A DNA stretch of 64,000 nt. Source: Rhina ancylostomus. Its lineage: Eukaryota. A program made the translations under genes and the position numbers. Shown one piece after another: positions 14,030-25,401 of the stretch. The notes beneath the pieces were generated by a model, which saw only the letters and a program-made list of their open reading frames with translations, did no database searches and had not been told where the DNA came from. Each line of letters opens with the position of its first letter. Within the stretch, counting starts at the first letter, position 1. The stretch spans positions 104,089,635 through 104,153,634 of the forward strand of contig JARFYF010000063.1 of the NCBI GenBank assembly GCA_030265395.1, in the 5' to 3' direction.

Positions 14030-14850
14030 ATGGCATGTCTGACTCAAGCTACAACTCAACAACATCAATGTTACTCTTGTAGCCACAAAATTTATAAAGC
14101 TGGTCCAGTTGATATTCTGATCTATTGGTTATCTCCAGGATGTTGGTGCTGATGGTGTGAAACTCAACAATGATGATGAATTGAATGCCAAGCATACATG
14201 ATTCGACTCACCCTTGTTGAAGATGGTTATTGTTCGGAACTTATGCTACTTGTCACTTGTCAATCTGTACCTGATTATTATGTCTTAGTCTTATTGAATG
14301 CAAGCAAGGATTTGTTCATTGCCTGGAAAGCTGCAAATGGATTTGAATATTATGCATTTCCACTTTTGACCAATGAGGCAGCTTCAGACAACTGGGCTAG
14401 GATGCTGCCTGAGGAAATCTTGCAGTAATGTCCTGGAGCTGGGAAATTGACCTCCAACAACCACAACGATCTTCCTTCGTGTAAGATATGACCTACCATT
14501 GAAGTTCCATTTTTCCAGGATCAAATGTTGCCTTGATGTCAAGGGTAGTCACTCTCACTCTGCTTCCACAATTCTACTCTTTGATTCATATTAGTATCAA
14601 ACCTATAGGTCTGAACCTGAGTTCTGAGCAGGTTAGTGGTGCATAATTGATGGTTGATAGCACTGTTGAGGATGCTTTCAACCTTTTTGCTGATGACTGA
14701 GAGTGGACTGATAGGGTGGGGACTAGGTGAATTGAATCCGTCCTGTTATAAGACATACCTGGGCAATTTTTCACATTGATGGGCAGCTGCCAGTGATAGA
14801 ACAGCTTGGCTGGAGGCATGGCTTGTTCTGGAGCACATCTTCAATGTCAG
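14030..14850 (-). mobile_element. Decayed LINE of the same family as 36330-37550
   Basis: gatgctgcctgaggaaatcttgcag...caaatgttgccttgatgtcaaggg is the reverse complement of DIKAAF and GVPQG segments. Confidence 0.65.
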
Positions 14851-15314
14851 TGTAATCATTCAACCAGGACCCTGCGCAGGATTCCAGGTGAAGCTAAGTT
14901 AATAAAATGCCTCAGGTTTCCTCTGCTCTCCTGTCAAATGCCTTGGTAATTTTCAAAACCAATGTTGGATCTTCCATCTGTCTTCCTGCCTGCACTGAAA
15001 GCTGTACCTTTATCTTGTCTTGCAAGGGAGTATTGAGCTGAAAAGCTGGAACAACAGGCAGCTAAAGATAAAACATTTTCAAGGACACTCATATGCATAC
15101 ACTCATGCAAAAATGAAATTAATTTAATGAGCCATGACCTGTGTGGTTTCTGCAGAAGTAACAGCAGGCTATTCAAAGCTCTGTTTGTAGTGGTAAAATG
15201 CTCTCACTGACGTCCTTTGGTTTTTTTTTTAAGAGTCTGTATGATGATGTATATTTCTATTGATTGTGTGGCCAGTGTCATGCACTGATGAGTACACACG
15301 TCTTCAACATGTGG

Positions 15315-15545
15315 CACACGAGACTGCAGATGCTGGAATCTGGAGCAATAGATAAACTACTAGCGATCTGAGTAAGAACATGGAGAACAGTTGAAACCAC
15401 TGAGGGGGAGCAGTAAGAGAGGGAATGCTATCTCCTCTCTATACTCTCAGTCCTAAAGAAGGGTCTTGACCTGAAATGTTGACTATCCCTTTGCCTCTAC
15501 AGATGCTGCTTGACCCACTGAGTTCCTCCAGTAGTTCTTTTTATT
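15315..15545. mobile_element. Copy of the Penelope-derived palindromic element with a decayed hammerhead at 15448-15485 (+)
   Basis: ctgcagatgctggaatctgga ... cagtcctaaagaagggtcttgacctgaaatgttgacta ... cagatgctgcttgacccactgagttcctccag. Confidence 0.7.
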
Positions 15546-15609
15546 CAACAAGGGGCATTATTATGCTGGAAAATACTTTGGTGCAGACAGGGCAGCCCTA
15601 TGAAACCAA

Positions 15610-17240
15610 AGCCAAGCTGTAACAAAATTGGCAGTGTAATTGAAAGTGAGGAAAGAATTCATAAGATGCAGGAAGATATCAATGGAGCACAAAAGTGGCA
15701 AAAGAAATTCAGTCTGAAGAAGTGTAAGGTATGGCATTTGGGAAGGGCAAACATGGCAAGGGAATGCACAATAAATGATAAGATCTTGAGTGTAGGAAAG
15801 AAGAGAGATATTAAGAGTGAATGTCCACAAATCAATAGCGAGATAAAAAAAGGTGGCTGGTAACAAATACTTGCTTTATTACGTTACAAAACACAGTTAA
15901 GCTACAGGTCAAGTGCAGCTCACCACACTACTAAGGATATGATAGCATCAAAGAGGTTTCAAAAGAGATTTCAGAGGATGTTGCCAGGGCTGGAGATGTT
16001 TAATTATGAAAAGAGACCGGTTAGGTTATAGGTGTTTCTTTCAGAACAGAGGATATTGAAGGGAGGGTTAATGAGCTGCATTTCACAGGGAAGAGGAAGA
16101 GCTTATTTTAGCACAGAGGCTAATTACCAGGGAATTGATTTAAGTTAACTATCAGAGAGTAGAGGAAAGTTAAGGAAAAACTCTTTCAGCAAAAGAGTTG
16201 TGGGGCCTGGAATCCAGGGATAATGAGATAGAAATTCTCATCACATTTAAAGCATACCTGAATAAGCACAAAGGGCTGTACCTACAGTCTGTGAGGCTGT
16301 TGATACAAATCTGGATGCTATTATGGGTTATGAGGAGGATACAGTGAGGTTTCAGGGGGATACAGAAATCAGCAGGGACATAGCAAATGTAAAAAAAAAT
16401 GTGAAACCATCCAATTTGGTGGGGGAAAAATTAGAAATAGAACATATTTTAAAAGGTGTGAAACTGAAGGATGTTCAGAGAAATCCGGGCATCCTGTTTA
16501 TGAACCACTGCATGCTAACTTGCAAGTATAGCATACAGGTAGGTAGCCATATAGTATCTTGCCCTTGCAAGAGAATTTGAGGACAAAGGTAAAAATGTCA
16601 AACAAGAAATAATAGACCACTGGTAGGACTGCATCTGGAATGCTGTGTACAAGTCTGGAATCCCTGCCTGCAAAAGAAGGAGTGCAATGAAGTTATCAAG
16701 ATTGATTCCTTGGAATTTGGAGAGAGGGGTGGTTGTTGTAGGAGAGGAGATGAAGCAGACTGGCCATAGGCTGTCTCCAATTCCGAAAACTGAGCATGAT
16801 GTCACTAAGCATGCAAAATTCCCTTAGGGTTTGACTAGATAGATGCAGGGAGGGTGTTTCCTGTGACAGAGATGCCAGTCTTAAAATAAGGCATCAGCTA
16901 TTCACAAGAGAGATAAGTGGAAATTTCTTCACCCAGAGGGTAGTGTGTATTTCAAATTCCCTACCCAAGAAGAGGCTCACTCATAGAGTAAATCCAAGAT
17001 AGATATCTTTTTTTTAATNNNNNNNNNNNNNNNNNNNNNNNNNNNNNNNNNNNNNNNNNNNNNNNNNNNNNNNNNNNNNNNNNNNNNNNNNNNNNNNNNN
17101 NNNNNNNNNNNNNNNNNNTCTTTTTTTTAATGGGAATTAAGGGTGTATGAGTTTAATGCGGGAAAGTACTGGGGCTCTGATAATGGATGGAAGAGCAGGC
17201 ATGGGGAGCCAAATACCTACCCCAGTTTTAATGCATACTA
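15610..17240 (+). mobile_element. Two adjacent decayed CR1 LINE 3' fragments
   Basis: KWQKKFSLKKCKVWHLGRAN (15690-15750); gagatttcagaggatgttgccagggctgg; a second fragment from ~16300 with aaatttcttcacccagagggtagtg. Confidence 0.7.
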
Positions 17241-18523
17241 CAAAGTGAGATCTGGAAGTGGCAATTAACCTATGTTCCTGTTTGCATAGTATGGACATGA
17301 TAGGCTCAATGGCCTCCTTTCAATGTTATAAATTTTGAGTATTCCTCTCCTTCTTGAGATGGCAGATGTTGACATCCAATGACCGTGCAATTGTATTGAA
17401 ATCCGGTAGGTCCCTTGGCCTATGACTTCAGCTATTGGCAATGGAGAAAGTCATCATTTCAGTTATCATAGCAGATTTGTTCATGTTGAGCTTATTGTGA
17501 ATGCCTGTCTGTGCATTAGTTTGCCTCTTGTCAAAGAAAATTTTTCTTTATTGGCCTCCAAAATATGGCAACCGAGTAGAGTTTACAGAGGATTCATCAC
17601 CTCCTCTTACTTACTTTTGTAGTATGAGTCACTTTATTGGCCCAACCAGTGTCTGAGTGTCCGTGCAGATTCACGGTCTGTGTAAATCAGGTGATGGGGC
17701 ACTGACAGAAAGATTCAGCTCCACGGAAAGATTCCTCACCCTCTACATCAACCAACTCCTGCTGCATTCTTGAAGGCCTTGTGGATGATAAAAGGCAAGA
17801 ATTATGTCCATCAGTATAAGAGTATTGCAAGTTGGCACAATGAAAATGATCATATCTCCACTGCTGATATCAAGTCAGCATTGCTACCATATGACATGTG
17901 GGTGGATTTTATTTAACAATGTAACCAGCCAGGCAAATGGGAGCTCCCTGTCTTCTATCTCCTCCACTTGGGTCCACCTTAACTTCACTGATCCCCATTG
18001 ACTCCTCCTCTTTAGTTGTTAGCTTGAATGATCTAAGGAGGAACCCTCCAGTTGTATCCCGGGTGTTTGGTCCCCTCTTCTGTAAGGAGGAAAAGCAGAG
18101 ATCGAGGAGTTAGGGTAAAGGCATGATGCAACAACAAAGGATGACAACAAGTGGGAGGTATAATATTGTATAAGGATGAAAATGAGTGGGGAAGGTGCTG
18201 GTTCAGTGGAGTATGAGAAAGTGAAAACCAAAAGAGTGGGGGTGTTGACTGATGAGATGGAATAGGATTGAGAAGTGAGAATATGTGGTGATACACATAT
18301 CAGGGTGTAAGGGAACATGGAACCGTGCTCATTTTTACCTGCCCTACTTCCTACATCAAATCCAGGTCCAGAGAGCTCCTGATGATAACCTCCAACCTCT
18401 CCTCATCAGATGGCCTCCTCCATTGGCTGGGAAGCACATTCTCCTCTGGCCCTTCACAGCACCCTGCAGTACAACCAGATATAGGCATCCTTGAAACAGG
18501 AAGCACCCTTTGTCTGAGTCATG

Positions 18524-18734
18524 AGAGATTCTGCAGATGCTGGAATCTGGAGTAACACACAAAATTGCTGAAGGTCAGGCAGCATCTATGGAGGGAAATG
18601 AACAGTCAACGTTTCGGGTCGAGACCCTTCATCAGGACTGCATGAAGGGTCTTGATCTGAAACATCAACTGTTTATTTCCCTCCATAGATGTTAACTGAC
18701 CTGCTGATTTCCTCCAGCATTTTGTGTGTGTAGC
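18524..18734. mobile_element. Palindromic non-autonomous element derived from Penelope-like pseudo-LTRs
   Basis: Arms at ~18555-18632 and ~18642-18731 are reverse complements (ggtcaggcagcatctatggagggaaat...gacccttcat / atgaagggtc...atttccctccatagatg...ctgacc). The same arms flank GIY-YIG remnants at 38440-39490 and 49920-50900. Confidence 0.75.
18603..18640 (-). ncRNA. Minimal type I hammerhead ribozyme motif (Penelope-like element type)
   Basis: Minus strand reads CAGUC-CUGAUGA-A-GGGU-CUCG-ACCC-GAAA-C-GU-U-GACUG: 5-bp stem I, full CUGANGA/GAAA core, 4-bp stem II, palindromic ACGU stem III, GUU cleavage triplet. Confidence 0.75.
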
Positions 18735-18969
18735 ACCTTTTGTCTGTTTTGACCACATTGCAACATTTCAGGTTTGCTGTCAGCCAATTTATTTGCTCCA
18801 TCTCGCATGTTTGGAAAGTCCCTGAATAAACTAGAGTTGAGTTCATGCCTTGTGGGTCCACACCACATCCACGAGAGGAATATGAAATCTGGATCGAGAA
18901 TGATTGTATGATACCTGGATAACAAACCAATGCCAGTCATGCTTCCCACATTTATTGTTGTCCCTTAGA

Positions 18970-21000
18970 ATAAAATCATAGAACAGCATAGAGAAAGACC
19001 CTAATGGCCCATCTCATCCATTCTGACTGATCTACACTAATCCCATTTGCCCGCATTAGGCATGTATCCCTCTACACATTTCCAATCCAAGTGTTGTAGT
19101 GGTATCTGCCTCCACCACTTCCTCTGGCAGCTCATTCCAAATATTCACCACACTCAGGGTGAAAAACCTACCCCCAGATCTCCTTTAAATTTCTTCCCTC
19201 TCATCTTAAACCTGTGCCTATAGTTCTAGACTCCCCTGCCCAGGGAAAATGATTCTGACTATCTTTCCTATCTGTGCTCCTCATAATTTTGTAAACGTCA
19301 AAAAGGTAACCCCTCAGCCTCCTACTTCCAGTGAGAATAAACCCAGCCTATCCAATTTCTCCTTACAACTACAGCCCTTTATTCCAGGCAACATCCCGGT
19401 GAATTTCTTCTGCATTCTCTTTATTGATACCACATTCTTGCTATAGTGTGGCAACCAGAGCTGTACACAGTACTCTAAGTGTGGTCTAACCAACGTTTTG
19501 TACAACTTCAGCATGATGTCCTAACTCTTATACTCAATGCCTCAGACTATAAACACAAGCATAACCAAATGCCTTTTTTTGCTACCCTATCCACCTGTGT
19601 CATCAGTTTCAGGGAGCTATGGACTTGCACCCCCAGGTCTCTCTGTACAGCAGCATCCCTAAGTTCCCTGCCATTAACTCTGCCATTTAAGAATTTGACT
19701 TCCCAAAGTGCATTGCCTTGCACTTATCTGGATCAATTCCCACCTGACACCACTGCTCCCAATTTTCCAGCAGATCTAAGTCTAACTGTATCTTTAAATA
19801 ACCTTCTTTGTTATCTATGAATCAACCAATTTTTATGTCTTCTGCAAACTTACTAGTCATACCCCCCCTACAATCTCATCTAAGTCATTTATAAATATTA
19901 CAAACAACAAAGGTCCCAGCATTGGTCCTGGTGGTACATCACTTGTTACAGACTTCCAGTCAAAAATTACCAATCTGCCACCATCCTCTGCCTCCTATCA
20001 TCCAGCCAATTTTGAATCCAGTCCACCAACATGCTTTGGATCCATTCTACCTTAACCTTCTGGGCCAGACTACCACATAGGACCTTGTTAAAAACCTTGA
20101 TAAAAGTCCATATAGGCAACATCTACTATGCTGCCTTCATCAATCTCCTTGGTTAGCTCCTCAAAAAACTCTATCACATTTTTAAGACATGATATCCTCT
20201 GCAAAAAAAAATGCTGACTCCTCCTAATCAGTTCCTGTCTTTCCAAGTGAACATAAATCCTGCCCCTCAGAATCTTCTCCCACAACTGCTTCTGATATAC
20301 CACTGATCTAAAGCTCACTGGCCTGTAGTTTCTGGGCTCATCCCTACTGCCCTTTTAGAACAAGGTGACATGAGCTAGCCTCCAGTCTTCTGGCACCTCA
20401 CCAATGGCTAACCAAGATGCAAAAAATCTCTATCAGAGCCCCAGCATTCTCCTCCCATGCTTCCCTTAGCATGTTGGGATAGATATTGTCTGGTCCTGGG
20501 GATTTATCCACCTTAATGAGCTCCAATATTTCCAGCACTTCCTCCTTCCTGATGCAAATGAGCTCCAGAATATCAGTTCACCCCTCCCTTAACTCTCCAG
20601 CTTCCACATCCTTCTCCGGTGAATACCAATGAGAAGTATTCATTTAGGATTTTGTCATATCCCCTGGTTCCACACATAGATTACCCCTCTGGTCCTGAGG
20701 GGACCTATTCCTTAGCTACCCTCTTGCTTCTGATATACTTATAAATTGTTTTAGGATTCACCTTAACCCTACTAGTCAAAGTCATTTCATGGCTCCTTTT
20801 TGCCCTCCTAATTTCTCTCTAAACATTTCACATATATCCCTTATAAACCTCAAGTGAGTCATTAGATAACTATTTCCTATACCTGACATGTGCTTCCTTT
20901 TTTTCCCCTCAACATCGTTTGTTAATCAGGGTTTTGCTATCCTTCTTTACCCTTGTATATACATTCTCAAAAACCTTCAGAGATCTGAGGACCTACATTC
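18970..21000 (-). mobile_element. CR1 LINE (~2 kb 3' portion)
   Basis: Minus-strand MLKLYKTLVRPHLEYCVQLWLPHYSK...QKKFTGMLPG and SCLKNVIEFFEELTKEIDEGSIVDVAYMDF. Confidence 0.85.
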
Positions 21001-21939
21001 TGGGTTTCCCCTATTCCTACCCTACCATCTGCCAAGGACTTCCTGAACCTGTTTGCCCTCTGCAAAACCACTAACTCACAGTTCTCTAAACTGAAGTCTA
21101 TTTGCAACTTCTGTGGCCCTCAAGCTTGTCTGTTAATGATACCCCAGCCGAGACCTTCCTTCCTATCAACTACACTGGTAAACTTTTAATCATGGCTCCT
21201 ACATTTAAATTCAAGCCATTAAGGCATATTACAAACAACAGGATCTATTCTGAGCCTGTGAAACCCTGGCACACTACCCTCCAGTCACATAAACTCCCAT
21301 CAATCATTGCCAATTGCTTTCTCCCACAGAGTAAATTTGTAATGCAAATTGCCACTTTTCTGATCAATCTGCCAGGTGAATTTTGTGAAATGCCATGCCA
21401 AAATCCATTTAGATGAGGCACCGCCCTCATCTGTATTCCATGTTAACACCTCAAATGATTAAATTTAGTTCATCAGATATGATTTTCTCTTTAAAGAAGT
21501 GCTCATTGTTCTTGATTAACTTGTGTTTCTTTTAGTGCTGTTTTGTGCTGTCCCTCAGAATCTTGTTCCATTACCTTGCTCATCACTGATGTTAGATTGG
21601 CTGCTCTGTACTTACTCGGTTTATTACTTGCTGCTTTTGCCAACTCATAAGCCATCTATCAGTTTGCTGGCACCAGGCCTGTAACCAAAGAGGATTGGAA
21701 ACCTTTACCTTGGTGTCTGACTTCCCTTGCAATGGCCGTTTCCAGTGATCTTCAGGGTTCAATTCCACATGTGACTGCATTGGCAGAAATCCCCTTAGGC
21801 TGAATCCCCTTATCGTTGCTGTCACTGCCACTCCCTGTTATCTGACTCGCTTTCTGAATACTATTACTGTCAGTGCCTGTAACTTGACTCCTCTGGTGAG
21901 CATAGCTGCAGCCTGAGCTTTAGGCTGAATCCTCCTGTG

Positions 21940-22086
21940 GCTATTAAACCATAGAACCATAGAACAATACAGCACAATACAGGCCCATCGGCCCACCATG
22001 TTGTGCCGTCCATCAAACCACACCTCACACTATCTAAACCTTTCCTCCCGCATATCCCTCTATCCCACATTCCTCCATATGCCTAT
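21940..22086 (-). mobile_element. CR1-type 3' tail, young
   Basis: aaaccatagaaccatagaacaatacagcacaatacaggcccatcggccc is the reverse complement of the 35480-35548 tail. Confidence 0.75.
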
Positions 22087-22949
22087 NNNNNNNNNNNNNN
22101 NNNNNNNNNNNNNNNNNNNNNNNNNNNNNNNNNNNNNNNNNNNNNNNNNNNNNNNNNNNNNNNNNNNNNNNNNNNNNNNNNNNNNNNNNNNNNNNNNNNN
22201 NNNNNNNNNNNNNNNNNNNNNNNNNNNNNNNNNNNNNNNNNNNNNNNNNNNNNNNNNNNNNNNNNNNNNNNNNNNNNNNNNNNNNNNNNNNNNNNNNNNN
22301 NNNNNNNNNNNNNNNNNNNNNNNNNNNNNNNNNNNNNNNNNNNNNNNNNNNNNNNNNNNNNNNNNNNNNNNNNNNNNNNNNNNNNNNNNNNNNNNNNNNN
22401 NNNNNNNNNNNNNNNNNNNNNNNNNNNNNNNNNNNNNNNNNNNNCAGGTACCAGCATGCTTCTTGAATCCTGCTGCTCCTGCCAGTCCTTACAATTTGAC
22501 TCCCCTCATAATTGTAGTTGCTGTTGGTCCACTAAGATTTCGATTGCACCCAAAATCCCACCCCCACCACTTTGCCCCTGCCCGGCATGAACTCTGTCCT
22601 CAATGACCGACCCACCCCCCACCCCCGATCCCTGCAGCTGCTGTTCCTGCTATTGACGTGGATTTGACTCCCCCAGATGAGTTGACCCTGCTGGTTTCCA
22701 GGATATTAATAAGCTGCAGCTTTTTTCTTAAAATGTCACTCCCCTGTCAAAAGCTCTCTTCACTTCCTTCTCTTCCATTTCTGAAACGTTGTCCCACTGG
22801 CATGTTTGGAGTAACTCATCTGAAAGGGTTTAATATTCAAATCTTAGGGGTGCAGCAGCACAATGGTTAAGGTACTGGGCCAGAAATCCAAAGCCACAGG
22901 CTGACAATCCTGAGAAATTAGTTCATACCTCAGCATGGTATTTGAATTT

Positions 22950-23128
22950 GGGGCAGCACAGCCAATACAGCTGCTGCCTCATTGCTCCAGTGACCCAGAT
23001 TCAATCCTGACCTCCAGTGCTGACTATGTGGAGTTTGCACATTCTGCCTATGACTGCAGGTTTCTCCCCCAGGTATTCCAGTTTCCTCCCACACCCCAAA
23101 GACATGATGGCCAGTAGGTTTATTAGTT
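22950..23128 (+). mobile_element. Older tRNA-derived V-SINE (HE1-like)
   Basis: gctgctgcctcattgctccagtgacccagattcaatcctgacctcc...gtggagtttgcacattct...gtttcctcccacaccccaaagac. Confidence 0.7.
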
Positions 23129-23421
23129 GGTAGTGTAGCGGTTAGTGTAACTCTTTACAGCGCCAGTGACTCAGGTTCAATTCTGGCCACTGTCTGCAAG
23201 GAGTTTGTACGTTCTCCCAGTGTCTGCATGAGTTTCCTCTGGGTGCTCCGATTTTCTCCCACTTTTCAAAGACGAACAGTTTAGGAAGTTGTGGGCATGT
23301 TATGTTGGCACCGGAAACGTGGCGACACTTGCGGGCTACCCCAGAACACTCTACTCAAAAGATGCATCTCACTGTGTGTTTCAATGTACATGTGACTAAT
23401 AAAGATATCTCAATTTATCTC
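23129..23421 (+). mobile_element. tRNA-derived V-domain SINE
   Basis: Same family as 39715-40019; ends tgtacatgtgactaataaagatatct. Confidence 0.85.
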
Positions 23422-23486
23422 ATTGGAGCATCTTGCCTGGGCGCTGGGTTCTGAGGCCAAGGATGAGATGGAGACTGATGTGAAGC

Positions 23487-25401
23487 AGAATCAGATTTAT
23501 TACCACTGACATATAATATGAAATTTGTTGTTTTTCAGCAGTACAATGCAAAGACATAAAAATCTATCGGTTACAAAACTAAATATATAGTGCAAGAAAA
23601 AAAAGGAAATAATGAGATAGTGTTCATGGGTTCATTGATCATTCAGAAATCTGATGGCAGAGGGGAAGAAGCTGTTCCTGAATCAATTCATATGGGACTT
23701 CATATGACTCCTGTACCTCCTCCCTGATGGTAGTAATGAGAAAAGAGCATGTCCTGGATAGTGAGGGTCCTTAATAATGGATACCACCTTCTTGAGGCAC
23801 CACCTCTTGAAGATGTCCTCAATGGTGGGGAAGGTTGTGCCCCTGACGGAGCTGGCTGAATCTATAATCCTCCGCAGCCTCTTGCGATCCTGTGCATTGG
23901 AGCCTCCGTACCAGGCTGTGATGCAACCAGTCAGGATGCTTTTCGTTGGACATCTATAGAAATTTGGAAGAGTCTTCAGTCACATACCAAATCTCCTCAA
24001 ACTCCTAATAAAGTAGTCGCAGGTATGCCTTCCTCGTGATTGCATCAATGTGTTGGGCCCTGAATAGATAATCTGAGGTGTTGACACCCAGGAACTTGAA
24101 GCTGCTCACCCTTTCTTCTGCTAACCCCTCAATGAGGACTGGTGTGTCCTCTCACGACTTCCCCTTCCTGTAGTCCTCAATCAATTCCTTGGTCTTGCTG
24201 ACGTTGAGTGCGAAGTTGTTGTTGCAACACCACTCAACCAACCTGATCTATCTCATTCCTGTACGCCTCTTCTTTGCCATCTGAGATCCTCTCAACAACA
24301 GTAGTGAATTGATAGATGGTGTTTGAGCTGTGCTTAATGTAGAGAGAGTAGAGCAGTGGGCTAAGCATGCATCCTTGAGGTGCGCCTGTGTTGATTGTCA
24401 GTGAGGAGGAGAAGTTACTGACTGTGATCTCCCGATAAGGAAGTTGAGGATCCAGTTGCAGTGATAGGTACAGAGGCCCAGGTTTTGAAGCTTGGTCATT
24501 AGTACTGAGGGAATGATGGTGTTGAACACTGAGCTGTAATTGATAAACTGCAACCCAACATATGTTTTGCTGTTGCCTAGTTGCTCCAAAGCAGAGTGGA
24601 GATCCAGGGAGATTGCATCCACTGTAGACCTCTTGTAGCAGTAGGCAAATTGCAGCAGGTCCAGGTCCTTGCATAGGCAGGAGTTAATTCTTGACATGAC
24701 CAACCTCTCAAAGCACTTCATCACAGAAGATGTGAGTGCTACTGGGCAATAGTGATTGAGGCAGCTCATTCTGCTCTTCATGGGCACTGGTATGATTGTT
24801 GCCCTTTTGAAGCAGGTGGGAACCTCAGACCATGATAGTGAGAGGTTGAAGATATCCTTCAACACTCCTTGCACACCACTGGGGCCTGATGCCTTGTGAG
24901 GGTTCACCCTCTTCAAGGATGTTCTGACGTCAGCCTCTGAGACAGAGATCACAGGGTCACCAGATGCTGTGGGGATTTGCACAGGTATAGAGTTATTCTC
25001 CCTTTTAAAGCATGCATAAAAGTTGTTGAGCTCATCGGGGAGTGAAGCATCACTGCCATTTATGCTGTTATATTTCGCCTTATAGGAAGTAATGGCACGC
25101 AAGCCCTNNNNNNNNNNNNNNNNNNNNNNNNNNNNNNNNNNNNNNNNNNNNNNNNNNNNNNNNNNNNNNNNNNNNNNNNNNNNNNNNNNNNNNNNNNNNN
25201 NNNNNNNNNNNNNNNNNNNNNNNNNNNNNNNNNNNNNNNNNNNNNNNNNNNNNNNNNNNNNNNNNNNNNNNNNNNNNNNNNNNNNNNNNNNNNNNNNNNN
25301 NNNNNNNCTGTCTCGAAGGCACACACTCATCCATGCAGGTCTTGAAGTCAGTGAAGACTGTGGCATATTCATTCAGATCCGCAGATGAATCCCTGAATAT
25401 T
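23487..25401 (-). mobile_element. Rex1/Babar-clade LINE, 5'-truncated and decayed
   Basis: ORF 24398-25372: DASLPDELNNFY...KRVNPHKASGP...DIFNLSL...PTCFKRATIIPVP...PVALTSSVMKCFERLV...LQFAY...FNTIIP; TGAPQGCMLSPLLYSLY; (TCTGAT) tail at 23487. Confidence 0.85.

Noticed and set aside
15448-15485. Second hammerhead candidate (+)
   Set aside because: The core reads CUAAAGA (G5 lost) and stem III is mutated, so it is predicted inactive. Copies at ~34760, ~39392 and ~50855 are likewise decayed.
17005-17131. Identical tcttttttttaat on both sides of an N gap; similarly ttaggatgcagg around 48207-48306
   Set aside because: Most likely contig-overlap artefacts at scaffold gaps.
21998-22606. Long ORFs spanning N runs (also at ~3.9, 12, 25.1, 27, 33.9 and 48.2 kb)
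   Set aside because: Their length comes from X residues; not evidence of coding.
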